Notes: generated by a model from the sequence alone, not told the origin. Positions 8,622 through 17,329 are shown, counted from the stretch's first letter. The stretch is DNA of 32,198 bases from Spirochaetia bacterium (GCA_034004175.1 JAVEXH010000001.1:1-32198), one strand, 5' to 3'. Made by a program: numbers and translations.

Positions 8622-9752
8622 TTACTTTATTTTAGTCAATTCTTCAGCAGTGTAGAAGCCTGCATCAACAGGAACATTGGCGTTGGCCTTGGTTACGGCG
8701 ATGGGGTCCAGGAGGTATGCATTCACATACTTCTTGCCGGTATTGCCGATCTCCTTGAGGTCGCCGGAAGCGAGGACTGCACCGGGGATGCTCGGGGTCT
8801 GGCCCTTGGCAATGGCGTCGGCGAGGATGATTGCAGCCTCGGCGAGCTTGTTGGTGTCCTTGAATACCGTCATGTACTGCTCACCGTTGCGGATGGCAAC
8901 GAGGGAGTCGATTTCAGCATCCTGTCCGGAGACCATGGGAAGCTTGGTGCGGTATTTGGCATCTGCCTTGCAGGCTTCGATGATGGCCCTGGCAAGGGTG
9001 TCATTGGGAGCAAGCACTGCATCCAGGACTACGTCACGGGCGTCGTTGCTGAGCAGGTTTTCCATGCGGGTCTTGGCGTTGGGTGCCAGCCAGCCTTCAG
9101 TGGCAATGCGGGTGAAGTTGGCGGTGTCTTTGGAAGTCTTGGGATAGGGTCCCACTACCTTGAGAACGCCCTTCTCGATATAGGGATTGAGGACGCTCAT
9201 GGCGCCGTCAAAGAAGAAGAAGGCGTTGCCGTCAGTGGGGGAACCGGCGAACAGGGTTATGTTCTTGGGTGCGGTGGCAGTGGCATTCTTGAGATCAAGG
9301 GCGGTCTCGAGACCCTGACCCTGGAGTACACCGACCTTGAAGTTGTTGAAGGTGATGTAGTAGTCGTACTGGTCGGAGTTCTGGATGATGCGGTCGTAGG
9401 CAATGACTGCGACCTTGTCGCGGTTTGCTTCGGCTACTACCGATGCAACGCCGTCATTGAGGCAGCCGACGACGAGGACCTTGGCGCCCTGGGTCAGGAA
9501 GCTCTGGATCTGCTGGTTCTGCAAGGGCTGCTGTCCGTCTGCAAACTGGAGCTCGGCCTTGTAGCCGCGCTTCTCTGCTTCGGCCTTGAGCTGGTTGCCG
9601 TCTTTTACCCAGCGCTGCACAGTGGTCTCGGGCATGGCGATGCCGATGAGGGTCTGGCCCTCGGCTGCAGCGCCGCTATCCTGGCCACCCGCCGCAAAGG
9701 CGAACGAACCGACGATTGAGAGGATCATCAGAGTGACGATGATTTTCTTCAT
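8622..9752 (-). CDS. chvE: periplasmic multiple-sugar binding protein, ChvE-type
   Basis: Colinear by eye with Agrobacterium ChvE: IGIAMP, VIAYDR, YYITFNNFKVGVLQG, LFAGSPTDGNAFFFFDGAMSVLNPYI, VSGQDAE, GEQYMTVFKDT, YLLDPIAVTK. True start is ATG 9752 (GGAGGTAAGGAG upstream) with signal peptide MKKIIVTLMILSIVGSFAFA; the 39 upstream codons of the track ORF are non-coding. Confidence 0.9.
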   Translation of the reverse strand: MKKIIVTLMILSIVGSFAFAAGGQDSGAAAEGQTLIGIAMPETTVQRWVKDGNQLKAEAEKRGYKAELQFADGQQPLQNQQIQSFLTQGAKVLVVGCLNDGVASVVAEANRDKVAVIAYDRIIQNSDQYDYYITFNNFKVGVLQGQGLETALDLKNATATAPKNITLFAGSPTDGNAFFFFDGAMSVLNPYIEKGVLKVVGPYPKTSKDTANFTRIATEGWLAPNAKTRMENLLSNDARDVVLDAVLAPNDTLARAIIEACKADAKYRTKLPMVSGQDAEIDSLVAIRNGEQYMTVFKDTNKLAEAAIILADAIAKGQTPSIPGAVLASGDLKEIGNTGKKYVNAYLLDPIAVTKANANVPVDAGFYTAEELTKIK

Positions 9753-9788
9753 AATCTCCTTACCTCCGTTTGGTTGAAAACTTGCACC

Positions 9789-9817
9789 ATTATCACCCTG
9801 TTGTCCTGGTTTCTGAA
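9789..9817 (-). promoter_or_regulatory. candidate promoter of the chvE-gguAB transporter genes (TTCAGA-N17-GATAAT)
   Basis: On the minus strand, TTCAGA (9817-9812), a 17-nt spacer and GATAAT (9794-9789), ~37 nt upstream of the chvE ATG. The weak -35 would fit activator dependence on the adjacent AraC-type regulator. Sequence inspection only. Confidence 0.3.
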
Positions 9818-9896
9818 ATCGTAAACTTTTGACAATAAGCGGTACTTTCTGGAGAGTGTGCTGTCTCAAGCCAGCTGTATGGGTAAAAAAGCGATG

Positions 9897-10958
9897 TCAA
9901 TTTTCTACTTCACGGAGGATGTTCCGGTACACATCCTCACCGGAGTGAAAGCCGTCCCGGATGATGGTTCCATCCATGTTGTCCTTCCCGACAGGAAGTG
10001 GCGCCTCGATGTATGAAGGAATCATGGTACCGCTGTTGTTCTCCTGAAGGGTGTCATGGGGGAAGTCTGTGCCGGTTGCCAAGGCTACGGCAAGCCTGGC
10101 AGCCCGGGATGCCAGCTTGGCAAGGGGTTTGTACACGGTCATGAGCTGGGTACCTTCCACTATCCGCTGGCAGTTTATCAGATCCGCATCCTGACCCACC
10201 ACTGCCACTTTCCCGGCAAGGCGGCGTTCGGACAACAGCTGGATGGCAGCGTTGGCTATCTGGTCATTGCCGCAGGAGATGGCATCGAAGTCGGTGGATT
10301 CATCGAATATGGCGCCTATCTTTTCAAGGGCTTCATCAAAGCTCCACTCCTCCAGCCAGATTTCCTTGGCTACTTGAATCCTGCCTTCATTGATCAGGGG
10401 CTGAAGAACTTCATAGAGTCCGGCGTTGACCTGGTAGCTGTTGGTATCCCGGACCGAGCCGTTCACCACCAGGTATCTTCCCCGTGGAACCGCTGTGGTC
10501 AGGGCCCGGCCGAAAAGGCGGCCGACCTCCATATTGTCAAAGGAGATATAGGCGTCTATGGGCACACCCAGGATCATCCTGTCATAGGCTACCACCGGGA
10601 TGCCTGAATCCTTCACCTGCTTGATGGCGCCGGCTATCATCTCCGTGTCATGGGCAATGACCACCAGTACATCAATCTTGCGGTTCACCAGGAAGTTGAT
10701 CTGTGCAATTTGTTCCTTGGTGCCCCCTGCCGAGAGCTGGACCAGCACTTCCGCCCCCAGTTCCTTGGCGGCGCCAGTGAATATCTTCATATCCTTGTTC
10801 CACCGCTCGGTGACGAAAGTATCGGTGGCGATGGAGAAGCCGATGGTAACCGCCGGCTTTTCTCCACTGTCTGTTGTGGGAACTTTCTCCCGACTGCATG
10901 AGAGGGAGAGGATGGCCACAGCAATGATGATTGTCAGAACGAGGATACTATGTTTCAT
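9897..10958 (-). CDS. periplasmic sugar-binding lipoprotein (type I PBP, RbsB/XylF-like), probable ligand-sensing partner of the adjacent kinase
   Basis: 353 aa with lipoprotein signal (LSLSC). PBP-1 fold hallmarks: IGFSIAT..., VVAYDR, VVGQDAD. ATGA overlap with the upstream regulator gene. Arrangement resembles XylFII-LytS/YesMN-type three-component sugar sensors. Confidence 0.8.
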   Translation of the reverse strand: MKHSILVLTIIIAVAILSLSCSREKVPTTDSGEKPAVTIGFSIATDTFVTERWNKDMKIFTGAAKELGAEVLVQLSAGGTKEQIAQINFLVNRKIDVLVVIAHDTEMIAGAIKQVKDSGIPVVAYDRMILGVPIDAYISFDNMEVGRLFGRALTTAVPRGRYLVVNGSVRDTNSYQVNAGLYEVLQPLINEGRIQVAKEIWLEEWSFDEALEKIGAIFDESTDFDAISCGNDQIANAAIQLLSERRLAGKVAVVGQDADLINCQRIVEGTQLMTVYKPLAKLASRAARLAVALATGTDFPHDTLQENNSGTMIPSYIEAPLPVGKDNMDGTIIRDGFHSGEDVYRNILREVEN

Positions 10959-12433
10959 GTTATATCCTTTTCAGGCCGCCGCTGGGCCGCATACACCGTT
11001 GGCGGCATGCCGGTGGCCTTCCTGAAAATTTTGCTGAAATAATTGGGATCCTGGTAGCCCACGGCATAGGCCACCTCTTTTACATTCATACGGGCTTCCC
11101 GGATGAGCCGTTCTGCTTTCTCCACCCGCAGCTCCGTCAGGTAATCGATGAAGGTGGTTTTGAGGTGTTCGGAAAAGAGCCGGCTCAGGTAGGCACCGGT
11201 AACCTGGGCTGCTTCGGCCACGGTGGATAGTTGCAGCTGCTCTGCAAAATGTTCGTTCAGGTAATCCAGAGCCTTGGCAAGCGGCAGGGGGAAGTTGCCG
11301 GAGCGTTTGCGGGCCAGGGCGGCGTACAGGTTGTTGAAGGCCTGGAGGCTCCACTCAGCCCACTCGGCCAAATCCTTGATGGGCATGATCTCCTCGGCCG
11401 GGGAAAACAGGGGCTCCTCGTCGGTATGGATGCTGAAGCAGCCGGTACAGTCATCCACCATAAGGGTGAAGAAGGCTGCCATTTTGGCTTTGGCCACAGG
11501 GAAATCGTAGGATGCGAAGAGTTCTTCCCAGAGGGCAGTGAATATTTCACGCACCTCTTCCTGGGGGGCCAGACCTGTCTTGCGCCTGAGCTGTACCATC
11601 CTCATGCGTTCCCTGAGCCGTACGTCCGCATGACTTTTTTTCTTGTGCAGTTCCTCCAGGGCTTCGGTGCAGGAGAGATGAAGCTGCGTTCCGCTGTGTA
11701 CCTGACCTGCGGCGTAGGAGCGGAACAGGGTTTCCGGTACTGCCTTGGACACAGCCTCGGCCAGGTGCGAGAGCAGCAGGGTCCGGTCCACATCCTCGGG
11801 TATCAGGTACAGGCCCCGGTTCAGGTGCATGGTAAAGAGGCAACGATGGCGGAAGGACAACGCGGCTGCTATTTCCCGGCACCAGCGTTCAGCAGTCTCT
11901 GCCACCTCCACCAGACAGACGATACCCTTGTCGGAATGGAAGGAAAAGTAGTCTTTGAACTTTTCCCACTCCTCCCTGGATAATTCCTTCCAGATCGTTT
12001 CCTTGAGGAACTGCCGCTGGGCGAACTCCATCGACCCTGCCGCAGGTGCAGGTCTCCGCTTCTCCAGGGCTGTACGCAGTGAGTCCAGGGTGGCAAGGAA
12101 GGTCTTTTTTGACACTGGTTTGACCAGGTACGAGAAGATTCCCAGAGGTATGGCCCGCTGTACAAGGTCGAAGCGCTCATAGGCGGTAGAGAGTATGAAC
12201 ACCGTGCCGGGAACGCTGTCGTGGACTTCCGCGATCACCTGGATCCCGTCCATGCCGGGCATGTTGATGTCCATGAAAACCACATCGGGCCTTAGTTCGT
12301 GGATGGCCTTTATCGCTTCGAAGCCTGTGCGGGCCTTTCCTGCCAGGACGAAGTCCGTGCCCGCGGATTCCAGCAGGAAGGCATAGCTGTCCAGGACCGG
12401 CTCCTCGTCATCCACTATCAGGACGCTGTACAT
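10955..12433 (-). CDS. two-component response regulator, REC + AraC-type HTH (YesN family)
   Basis: REC domain (MYSVLIVDDEE...DVVFMDINMPGMDG). C-terminal AraC/XylS HTH (LSTVAEAAQVTGAYLSRLF...VAYAVGYQDPNYFSKIFRK). Overlaps the kinase gene by 16 nt. Confidence 0.9.
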   Translation of the reverse strand: MYSVLIVDDEEPVLDSYAFLLESAGTDFVLAGKARTGFEAIKAIHELRPDVVFMDINMPGMDGIQVIAEVHDSVPGTVFILSTAYERFDLVQRAIPLGIFSYLVKPVSKKTFLATLDSLRTALEKRRPAPAAGSMEFAQRQFLKETIWKELSREEWEKFKDYFSFHSDKGIVCLVEVAETAERWCREIAAALSFRHRCLFTMHLNRGLYLIPEDVDRTLLLSHLAEAVSKAVPETLFRSYAAGQVHSGTQLHLSCTEALEELHKKKSHADVRLRERMRMVQLRRKTGLAPQEEVREIFTALWEELFASYDFPVAKAKMAAFFTLMVDDCTGCFSIHTDEEPLFSPAEEIMPIKDLAEWAEWSLQAFNNLYAALARKRSGNFPLPLAKALDYLNEHFAEQLQLSTVAEAAQVTGAYLSRLFSEHLKTTFIDYLTELRVEKAERLIREARMNVKEVAYAVGYQDPNYFSKIFRKATGMPPTVYAAQRRPEKDIT

Positions 12434-13908
12434 GGTTCATGCTCCGTATCTATGCGTATGACGATGGTGGTTCCTTTGTCCTTCTCGCTGCGTATCCGGA
12501 CGACCTCCGGATCGTCGGGGTAGAAGAAATACAGCCGCTGGATCACATTCTCCAATCCCATGACCCGGGAGGAGGATTCATCAATGGGCAGGGGGTGTAG
12601 CAGCTTCTTGATGGTCTCATCTGCCATGCCCCGGCCATTGTCCGACACGGTAAGCACCAGGTCGGCCCGCTGCATCTCTGCACGCACAGAGATGGATCCC
12701 GGTCCTTCCATGTCCCTGAAGGCGTGGACGACACAGTTCTCAACCAGTGGCTGGAGTATGGCTACCGGCACCCGGTAGGCATCCCGGAATTCCTCGGCGC
12801 AATCCAGCGTCAGATCCAGGTTGATGGGGAAGCGTACTTTCAGGATGTAGAAGTAGTATTCGAGGCCTTCGATCTCATGCCTGAGGGGCACGATGATGTC
12901 CTTGTTGCGGATGTTGTGGCGGAACAGGCGGGCCAGGTATTCCATGTACTCCCCGGTCCGGTCCGCCCCTTCCACGATAGCCAGCTGCATGCCGGTATTC
13001 AGGGTATTGAAGAGGAAATGGGGGTTCATCTGGGCCTGGAGGGTGTAGATTTCCATGCGCCGCACCAGATCCTCCATCTTCAGGTTCCTCATACGCTCTT
13101 GCATGTATTCCTGTTTGAGGTTTTCCTGCCAGCGTATCTCGTCGATATAGCGGCTGATCTCGTGCTTCATCCGGTTGAAGGCGTCCACCACATGGTCTAT
13201 CTCGTAGACAGAGCTCATCTTGATGTCTTCTATGCCGAAATTCCCTGCTGATAGTTCCGTGGCCATGGCGGAGAGCCGCACCATGGGGTCCGTCATCTTT
13301 TCCACCGAGTGCAGGAGCAGGGAAATGGAGAACAAGGATACAAAGACGATGAACAGGAGGTTCCACGACAGGATGCTCCGGGAATCCGCTATGAACTCCC
13401 CATAGCGGTCCAGCTGGTTGCGGAAACGCTGGGTGCTGAGAGTGTCGATCTCTGCATTGATTTAGTCCAGAAGGGTGGTCATCTCGTCGTAGAGGCGTAT
13501 GTAGCCGGCGATGTTGCGGCCCCGCTTCTCCTCGGCCGCGGTGTCAGCCAGATCGAGGTAGGACTGTATCAGGGCGTAGACTGTCCGTTCCCTGAGCAGG
13601 GCTGGGTCCCGGGAGAGCGGCATTTCGTCCGGTATGCGGTTCCGCAGGATCTGGGAATCGATGAGGAGCTGGCCCATGGCGTTGGATGAGCGGGTGGACA
13701 GATACTCCAGCAACGGCTCCTGGTAGGACAGGAGGGATTCCTGGATGGATTTCAGGTAGCGCTCCTGCTGGAAGCTGTTGTCCGTGAGTTCCTGCATCTT
13801 GATGGTGGAATAGAGGATGTAGGTGGTGGAGAGGACCAGCAGGATGAAGACCCCGAATACGCTTGAGACCATCTGCACCCGGAAGGAGTTGCCGAAGCCG
13901 GATTTCAC
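12418..13908 (-). pseudogene. YesM/LytS-family sensor histidine kinase interrupted by one in-frame TAA (13462-13464)
   Basis: Track ORFs 13462..13908 and 12418..13335 are in the same frame. My translation of 13461->13336 is open: INAEIDTLSTQRFRNQLDRYGEFIADSRSILSWNLLFIVFVSLFS. It supplies TM2 ahead of the HAMP (MVRLSAMATELSAGNF), His_kinase (NPHFLFNTLN) and HATPase (DNGRGM) regions. GTG start at 13908 has AGGAG 7 nt upstream and a GTGA overlap with the preceding gene. Confidence 0.75.
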
Positions 13909-14855
13909 AGGCTGCTCCTGTCCACAATCTCCACGCCGGTATCCACGGAGGTGGAGGTATAGCCCGTGGTATACAACTCGGTCAGGGATCTGATTGCTTC
14001 GTACCCGATGCGCTCCGGATTGACTGCTACGCTTCCGACCAGTATTCCCTTGCGGATGTACTCCAGTATGGCAGGTTCCTTGCCGAAGCCGATGAGCTGC
14101 ACCCTGCCCACCAGGTTCATGTCGATGAGGGCCTGGGCTGCAGCGATGGTGTCTGCGGCATCCGTGAAGACGATGGTGTTTATCTTCGTGTCCGTGCGGA
14201 ACAGGCGGTAGATCAGTTCCTCGGCATCCAGAGGATTGAGTCCTGTCCGGAGTCCTGCGATTGGAGCTGCCAGGTTGCCTTCCAGCACCGCGGTGATGCC
14301 CATCTCCACCAGTTCCCTTTCTCCGAGTATGCCCGGAGATTTGTCACTGTACACTACCGCGAGACGCAGAGGGGTTGGCGCTGTGCTTGCAACGACGGCT
14401 CCCATGCGCCGGCCGATGTCAAAACTGTTGGTGCCTATGTAGAACCAGGGTTGGTCACTGGGGATGTTGTGGTTGATGAGCACCAGGGGAATCTTCCTGG
14501 CTGCCAGTTTTTCCAGCTGGACCAAGGCAAGGTTGTCGTCGATATAGGGACAGACCACCACACCATCCACACCGCTGTATGAAGCCATGGCAAGTTCATT
14601 CTTGTCTGGATCGATGGAATGGAATGACAGGACGGCGCCGGCCTCCTCTGCGGCCTGCTGGGCTCCCTGGATTATTCTAAGGAAGAAAGAGTCACGATTG
14701 TCCGGCAGGTACAGGGCAAAATGGTAGGCCGGGCCGGGCTCCGGTGGTTCCGAACCCCGGAGGTACAGGCGGCGTACCAGGGTGAGTGACATTGAAAGAG
14801 CCAGAACGGAAAGGAGGGCGAACAGGATGATGCCGACGCGGACGAGGTTTTTCAC
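13905..14855 (-). CDS. membrane-anchored periplasmic-binding-protein-like (PBP-1/LacI-type sugar-binding fold) protein
   Basis: One N-terminal TM (VRVGIILFALLSVLALSMSL) followed by a PBP-1-like domain (FALYLPD..., VDGVVVCP, PLVLINH, VGFGKEP). The track ORF start (14984) would overlap the upstream gene by 83 nt. I prefer GTG at ~14855 (or TTG/GTG at 14888-14894) after that gene's stop at 14902. Confidence 0.65.
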   Translation of the reverse strand: MKNLVRVGIILFALLSVLALSMSLTLVRRLYLRGSEPPEPGPAYHFALYLPDNRDSFFLRIIQGAQQAAEEAGAVLSFHSIDPDKNELAMASYSGVDGVVVCPYIDDNLALVQLEKLAARKIPLVLINHNIPSDQPWFYIGTNSFDIGRRMGAVVASTAPTPLRLAVVYSDKSPGILGERELVEMGITAVLEGNLAAPIAGLRTGLNPLDAEELIYRLFRTDTKINTIVFTDAADTIAAAQALIDMNLVGRVQLIGFGKEPAILEYIRKGILVGSVAVNPERIGYEAIRSLTELYTTGYTSTSVDTGVEIVDRSSL

Positions 14856-14901
14856 CGGGGCAGTATACCCCCCCTTTTTGGCGGGCACAAGCAAATGAAG
14901 A

Positions 14902-15924
14902 CTAGGGTCTGTGTCCGCGTGCGAAGGTTCCCATGGCCATGACATTGGCTTCAGGTGAATCGCCTGGCAGTTCGCAGCCTGCACCGACTATCCACTTCTG
15001 GTTGCCTGCATCGTGCAGGCAGTCCGACAGGGTCCGGTGGACATCCTCGGGTGTGCCTCCTCGGACCACCGAGACGGTATCGATGTTACCCAGGAGTATG
15101 CGGTCAGGACCAAGGGCAGCGCGCGCCTTGGCGACGGGAGAGAGGGTATCAAGGTCTATGATATCGTAGGGTACGTCCACAAGGAGGGGCATGAGTTCCA
15201 TGGTGTTTCCACAGATATGAAGTCTGGCCAGCGCACCGGCCTCATGGATCGCGGTTACGATGGTCTTATGGTGTTTCAGGGTGAATTCGACAAAGATATC
15301 CGGCCCCATCAGGGACGAAGCGGCATCTCCGACGCCGATCAGATCTGCCCCCGCCTGTATCTGGGCCAGGGCAAAGCTGATGGCCTGCCGGGTGGTAAAC
15401 TCGAAGAGTTCCCTGACAAAGTCCGGATCGTCGTAAAAGTCCATCATGAGCCGCGATAGTCCCCGGAGGTCGGCCCCTTCAGCGCAGGGGCCTTCGATCC
15501 AGCCCTCTACCAGCAGCGTTCCACTGACCGCGGAAGCCAGGCCGGCCACCGCTTCCAGCCGGTTGGACATACGCTTGCCCTCCCCGGGGTCGATGATCTT
15601 CAGGGAAGCCAGACGGCTCTTGTCCAGGAGGAAGGCCTTCGCATCATCATTGGCCGGGGGCTCGTCATCGTAGAAGATTACCCCTCCACCGAGGTCGGAG
15701 GCCTCCACCGCCGGATCGGAAATGGCGGATACATGATCCGCGCCATAGCGTTCTGCGAAGGCCAACTGCCCCTTGACCAGCGCATGGTGGTCTGTGGCGT
15801 AGAGCAGGTATGGAACACCGATGCCCCTGGCAGCGAAACTCATGGTGATGGGCATGAAGGGTATACGATCTCCCACACCTCCAGCGATGACTGATCTGAT
15901 CAGTCCAGCTCCGTTCATCGGCAT
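14902..15924 (-). CDS. uroporphyrinogen-decarboxylase-family protein, MtaA/MtbA/CmuA-like methylcobamide methyltransferase (MT2)
   Basis: 340 aa with the URO-D TIM-barrel family look. Putative Zn ligands as in MtaA-type enzymes: RLHICGNT (His-x-Cys) and GAGCELP. AAAGGGGA SD 5-6 nt upstream of the ATG. Confidence 0.75.
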   Translation of the reverse strand: MPMNGAGLIRSVIAGGVGDRIPFMPITMSFAARGIGVPYLLYATDHHALVKGQLAFAERYGADHVSAISDPAVEASDLGGGVIFYDDEPPANDDAKAFLLDKSRLASLKIIDPGEGKRMSNRLEAVAGLASAVSGTLLVEGWIEGPCAEGADLRGLSRLMMDFYDDPDFVRELFEFTTRQAISFALAQIQAGADLIGVGDAASSLMGPDIFVEFTLKHHKTIVTAIHEAGALARLHICGNTMELMPLLVDVPYDIIDLDTLSPVAKARAALGPDRILLGNIDTVSVVRGGTPEDVHRTLSDCLHDAGNQKWIVGAGCELPGDSPEANVMAMGTFARGHRP

Positions 15925-16157
15925 CTTTGTCCCCTTTCAGTATCTGCGCATGACTGTCTTCGGCATGTGGCTGTTGTTATACTGCGGAAATACCGGCTCT
16001 GCTCCTCGTTTATTGCTTGATTATAACGGAATGTTGCTGTCTTGGGTTGTCCTGCTGTGCTGCAAGCCAAGGAATCGGGATGATCAGTGGAGAATGAAGG
16101 TGCGGAGTAGGGGGTGTATGGCAGCCAGACCTCCGGATCCGGCTGCCATATTCCGGA

Positions 16158-16619
16158 TCAGATGGCTCCTGAACTCTTGCGTTCGTTCTGGCCTATCTCG
16201 AAGGCTTGCTGGGAAATGATGCGGCCTTGGCGCTCTATGAGGGCCTTTACCACGTCACCGATGGAGATGACACCGACCAGTTTGCCGTTCTCCTTGACCG
16301 GGAGGTGTCGGAAATGATGGGCAGTCATAAGATCCATGCAGTTTTCTATGGAATCCGAGGGGTCTGCATAGACGATTTTCTTGGTCATAACCTCTTTTAC
16401 TATGGTCGTATCACAGGAATTGGCCTTGAGTATTATCTTTCGGGCAAAATCACGCTCCGAGAAAATGCCGGCTACTTCACCTGAAGCATCAAGCACGAGG
16501 ATGGCCCCGATGTTGTGTTCTGCCATGACTTCAAGGGCTTTCATGATGCCGGTTTCCGGCGTGACGCTGACTACTTCTGTTCCCTTTGAAGCGAGGATGT
16601 CCTTTACCTTCTCCACCAT
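16158..16619 (-). CDS. stand-alone CBS-pair domain protein
   Basis: 153 aa with two CBS repeats (VVSVTPETGIMKALEVMAEHNIGAILVLD...GIFSERD and VYADPSDSIENCMDLMTAHHFRHLPV...GVISIGD). AGGAGG SD. Divergent from the 13-gene operon. Confidence 0.85.
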   Translation of the reverse strand: MVEKVKDILASKGTEVVSVTPETGIMKALEVMAEHNIGAILVLDASGEVAGIFSERDFARKIILKANSCDTTIVKEVMTKKIVYADPSDSIENCMDLMTAHHFRHLPVKENGKLVGVISIGDVVKALIERQGRIISQQAFEIGQNERKSSGAI

Positions 16620-16752
16620 GCATGCACCTCCTGTGCGGCCCTGAGGCCGGCATGTTCTACGAGAAAACCCTAGTTTCCCGATGTATAGTCTGATTCAATA
16701 TACTGTTTGGCGATCAATACTGCAAGGAAATAGCGTTTTTTACATATTTCTG

Positions 16753-16780
16753 TTTACATATGTTTAACCTGAGCTATACT
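16753..16780 (+). promoter_or_regulatory. candidate sigma70-type promoter of the 13-gene operon (TTTACA-N16-TATACT)
   Basis: TTTACA at 16753-16758 and TATACT at 16775-16780, ~50 nt upstream of ATG 16832. TTTACATAT occurs twice as a direct repeat (16739-16747, 16753-16761). Confidence 0.35.
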
Positions 16781-16831
16781 GTCATAGAAATTTTGACCCG
16801 CTCCGGCGGGTATGCATCGAGGGGGAATCCT

Positions 16832-17329
16832 ATGATGACGATCAAGGCTCGAGTGCTGGGTTTCCTGGGTTTGTGGGCTGTGTGGCTTCTGCTGACGGCT
16901 CCCTGGACCACCCAGGAGGCTGTTGCGGGTGCACTGGTAGCGCTTCTTGTCTCCCTGTTGCCACTGTCAGGGGCATCACCACTTGGTGACCTGAAGCTGA
17001 GTCCGAAGGCCTTGGCCTCCCTGGTGGTGTATGTGTTTGTCTTCATCAAAGCCCTGGTGCAGTCCAATCTTGATGTAGCCTTCCGGGTGCTTCATCCGAG
17101 ACTGCCTATCGATCCGGGCATCGTGAAGGTAAAGACCAGGCTGAAGACCCCCTTGGGACGCCTGTTGCTTGCCAATTCCATAACCCTGACTCCAGGGACC
17201 ATAACCGTGGAGATGCACGGTGATGATCTGTACATCCACTGGATAAAGGTGGCCGACCCGGATCCGGAGGCTGCAACCGCGGCCATCGTCGGGAACTTCG
17301 AGAAGTATCTGGAGGTGATCTGTGGCTGA
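16832..17329 (+). CDS. MrpE/MnhE-like subunit (MbhA/MbxA position)
   Basis: Two N-terminal TMs plus the family motif NSITLTPGTITVE. Preferred start is ATG 16832 (GAGGGGG 6 nt upstream) rather than track start 16760. Confidence 0.8.
   Translation: MMTIKARVLGFLGLWAVWLLLTAPWTTQEAVAGALVALLVSLLPLSGASPLGDLKLSPKALASLVVYVFVFIKALVQSNLDVAFRVLHPRLPIDPGIVKVKTRLKTPLGRLLLANSITLTPGTITVEMHGDDLYIHWIKVADPDPEAATAAIVGNFEKYLEVICG

Noticed and set aside
8223-9719. 498-aa plus-strand ORF, the longest unexplained ORF in the track
   Set aside because: It lies antisense to the ChvE-like and GguA-like genes, whose products have strong family motifs. Its translation (rich in G/V/A/L/D, no motifs, no SD) is the usual shadow ORF of a GC-rich coding region.
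9753-9869. N-terminal extensions of track ORFs: 39 codons on ChvE-like, 36 codons (8487..8594) on GguA-like, 24 codons (16760..16831) on MrpE-like, 7 codons (27731..27751) on the erythrin
   Set aside because: In each case an internal start with a good SD gives the N-terminus expected for the family (signal peptide, ABC N-terminus, first TM). The upstream codons begin at weak alternative starts without an SD.
14856-14984. Upstream part of ORF 13905..14984, implying an 83-nt overlap with the URO-D-family gene
   Set aside because: The extension has no sensible features (MQAANCQAIHLKPMSWPWEPSHADT...). It overlaps the well-supported C-terminus of the upstream gene, and start candidates exist just after that gene's stop.
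16117-16148. 9-bp inverted repeat ATGGCAGCC...GGCTGCCAT just downstream of the CBS gene stop, considered as its terminator
   Set aside because: The loop is 14 nt and, on the minus strand, the stem is followed by ACACCCCC rather than a U-tract. It may still fold, but I cannot support an intrinsic-terminator call.
15821-16219. 132-aa plus-strand ORF spanning the URO-D/CBS intergenic region; region also screened for a small RNA
   Set aside because: It overlaps both neighbouring genes antisense and has no SD and an implausible Cys/Leu/Arg-rich translation. I saw no tRNA-like cloverleaf or conserved riboswitch core. On the minus strand the region contains a TATAAT (16025-16020), so it is more simply the promoter and leader of the URO-D-family gene.
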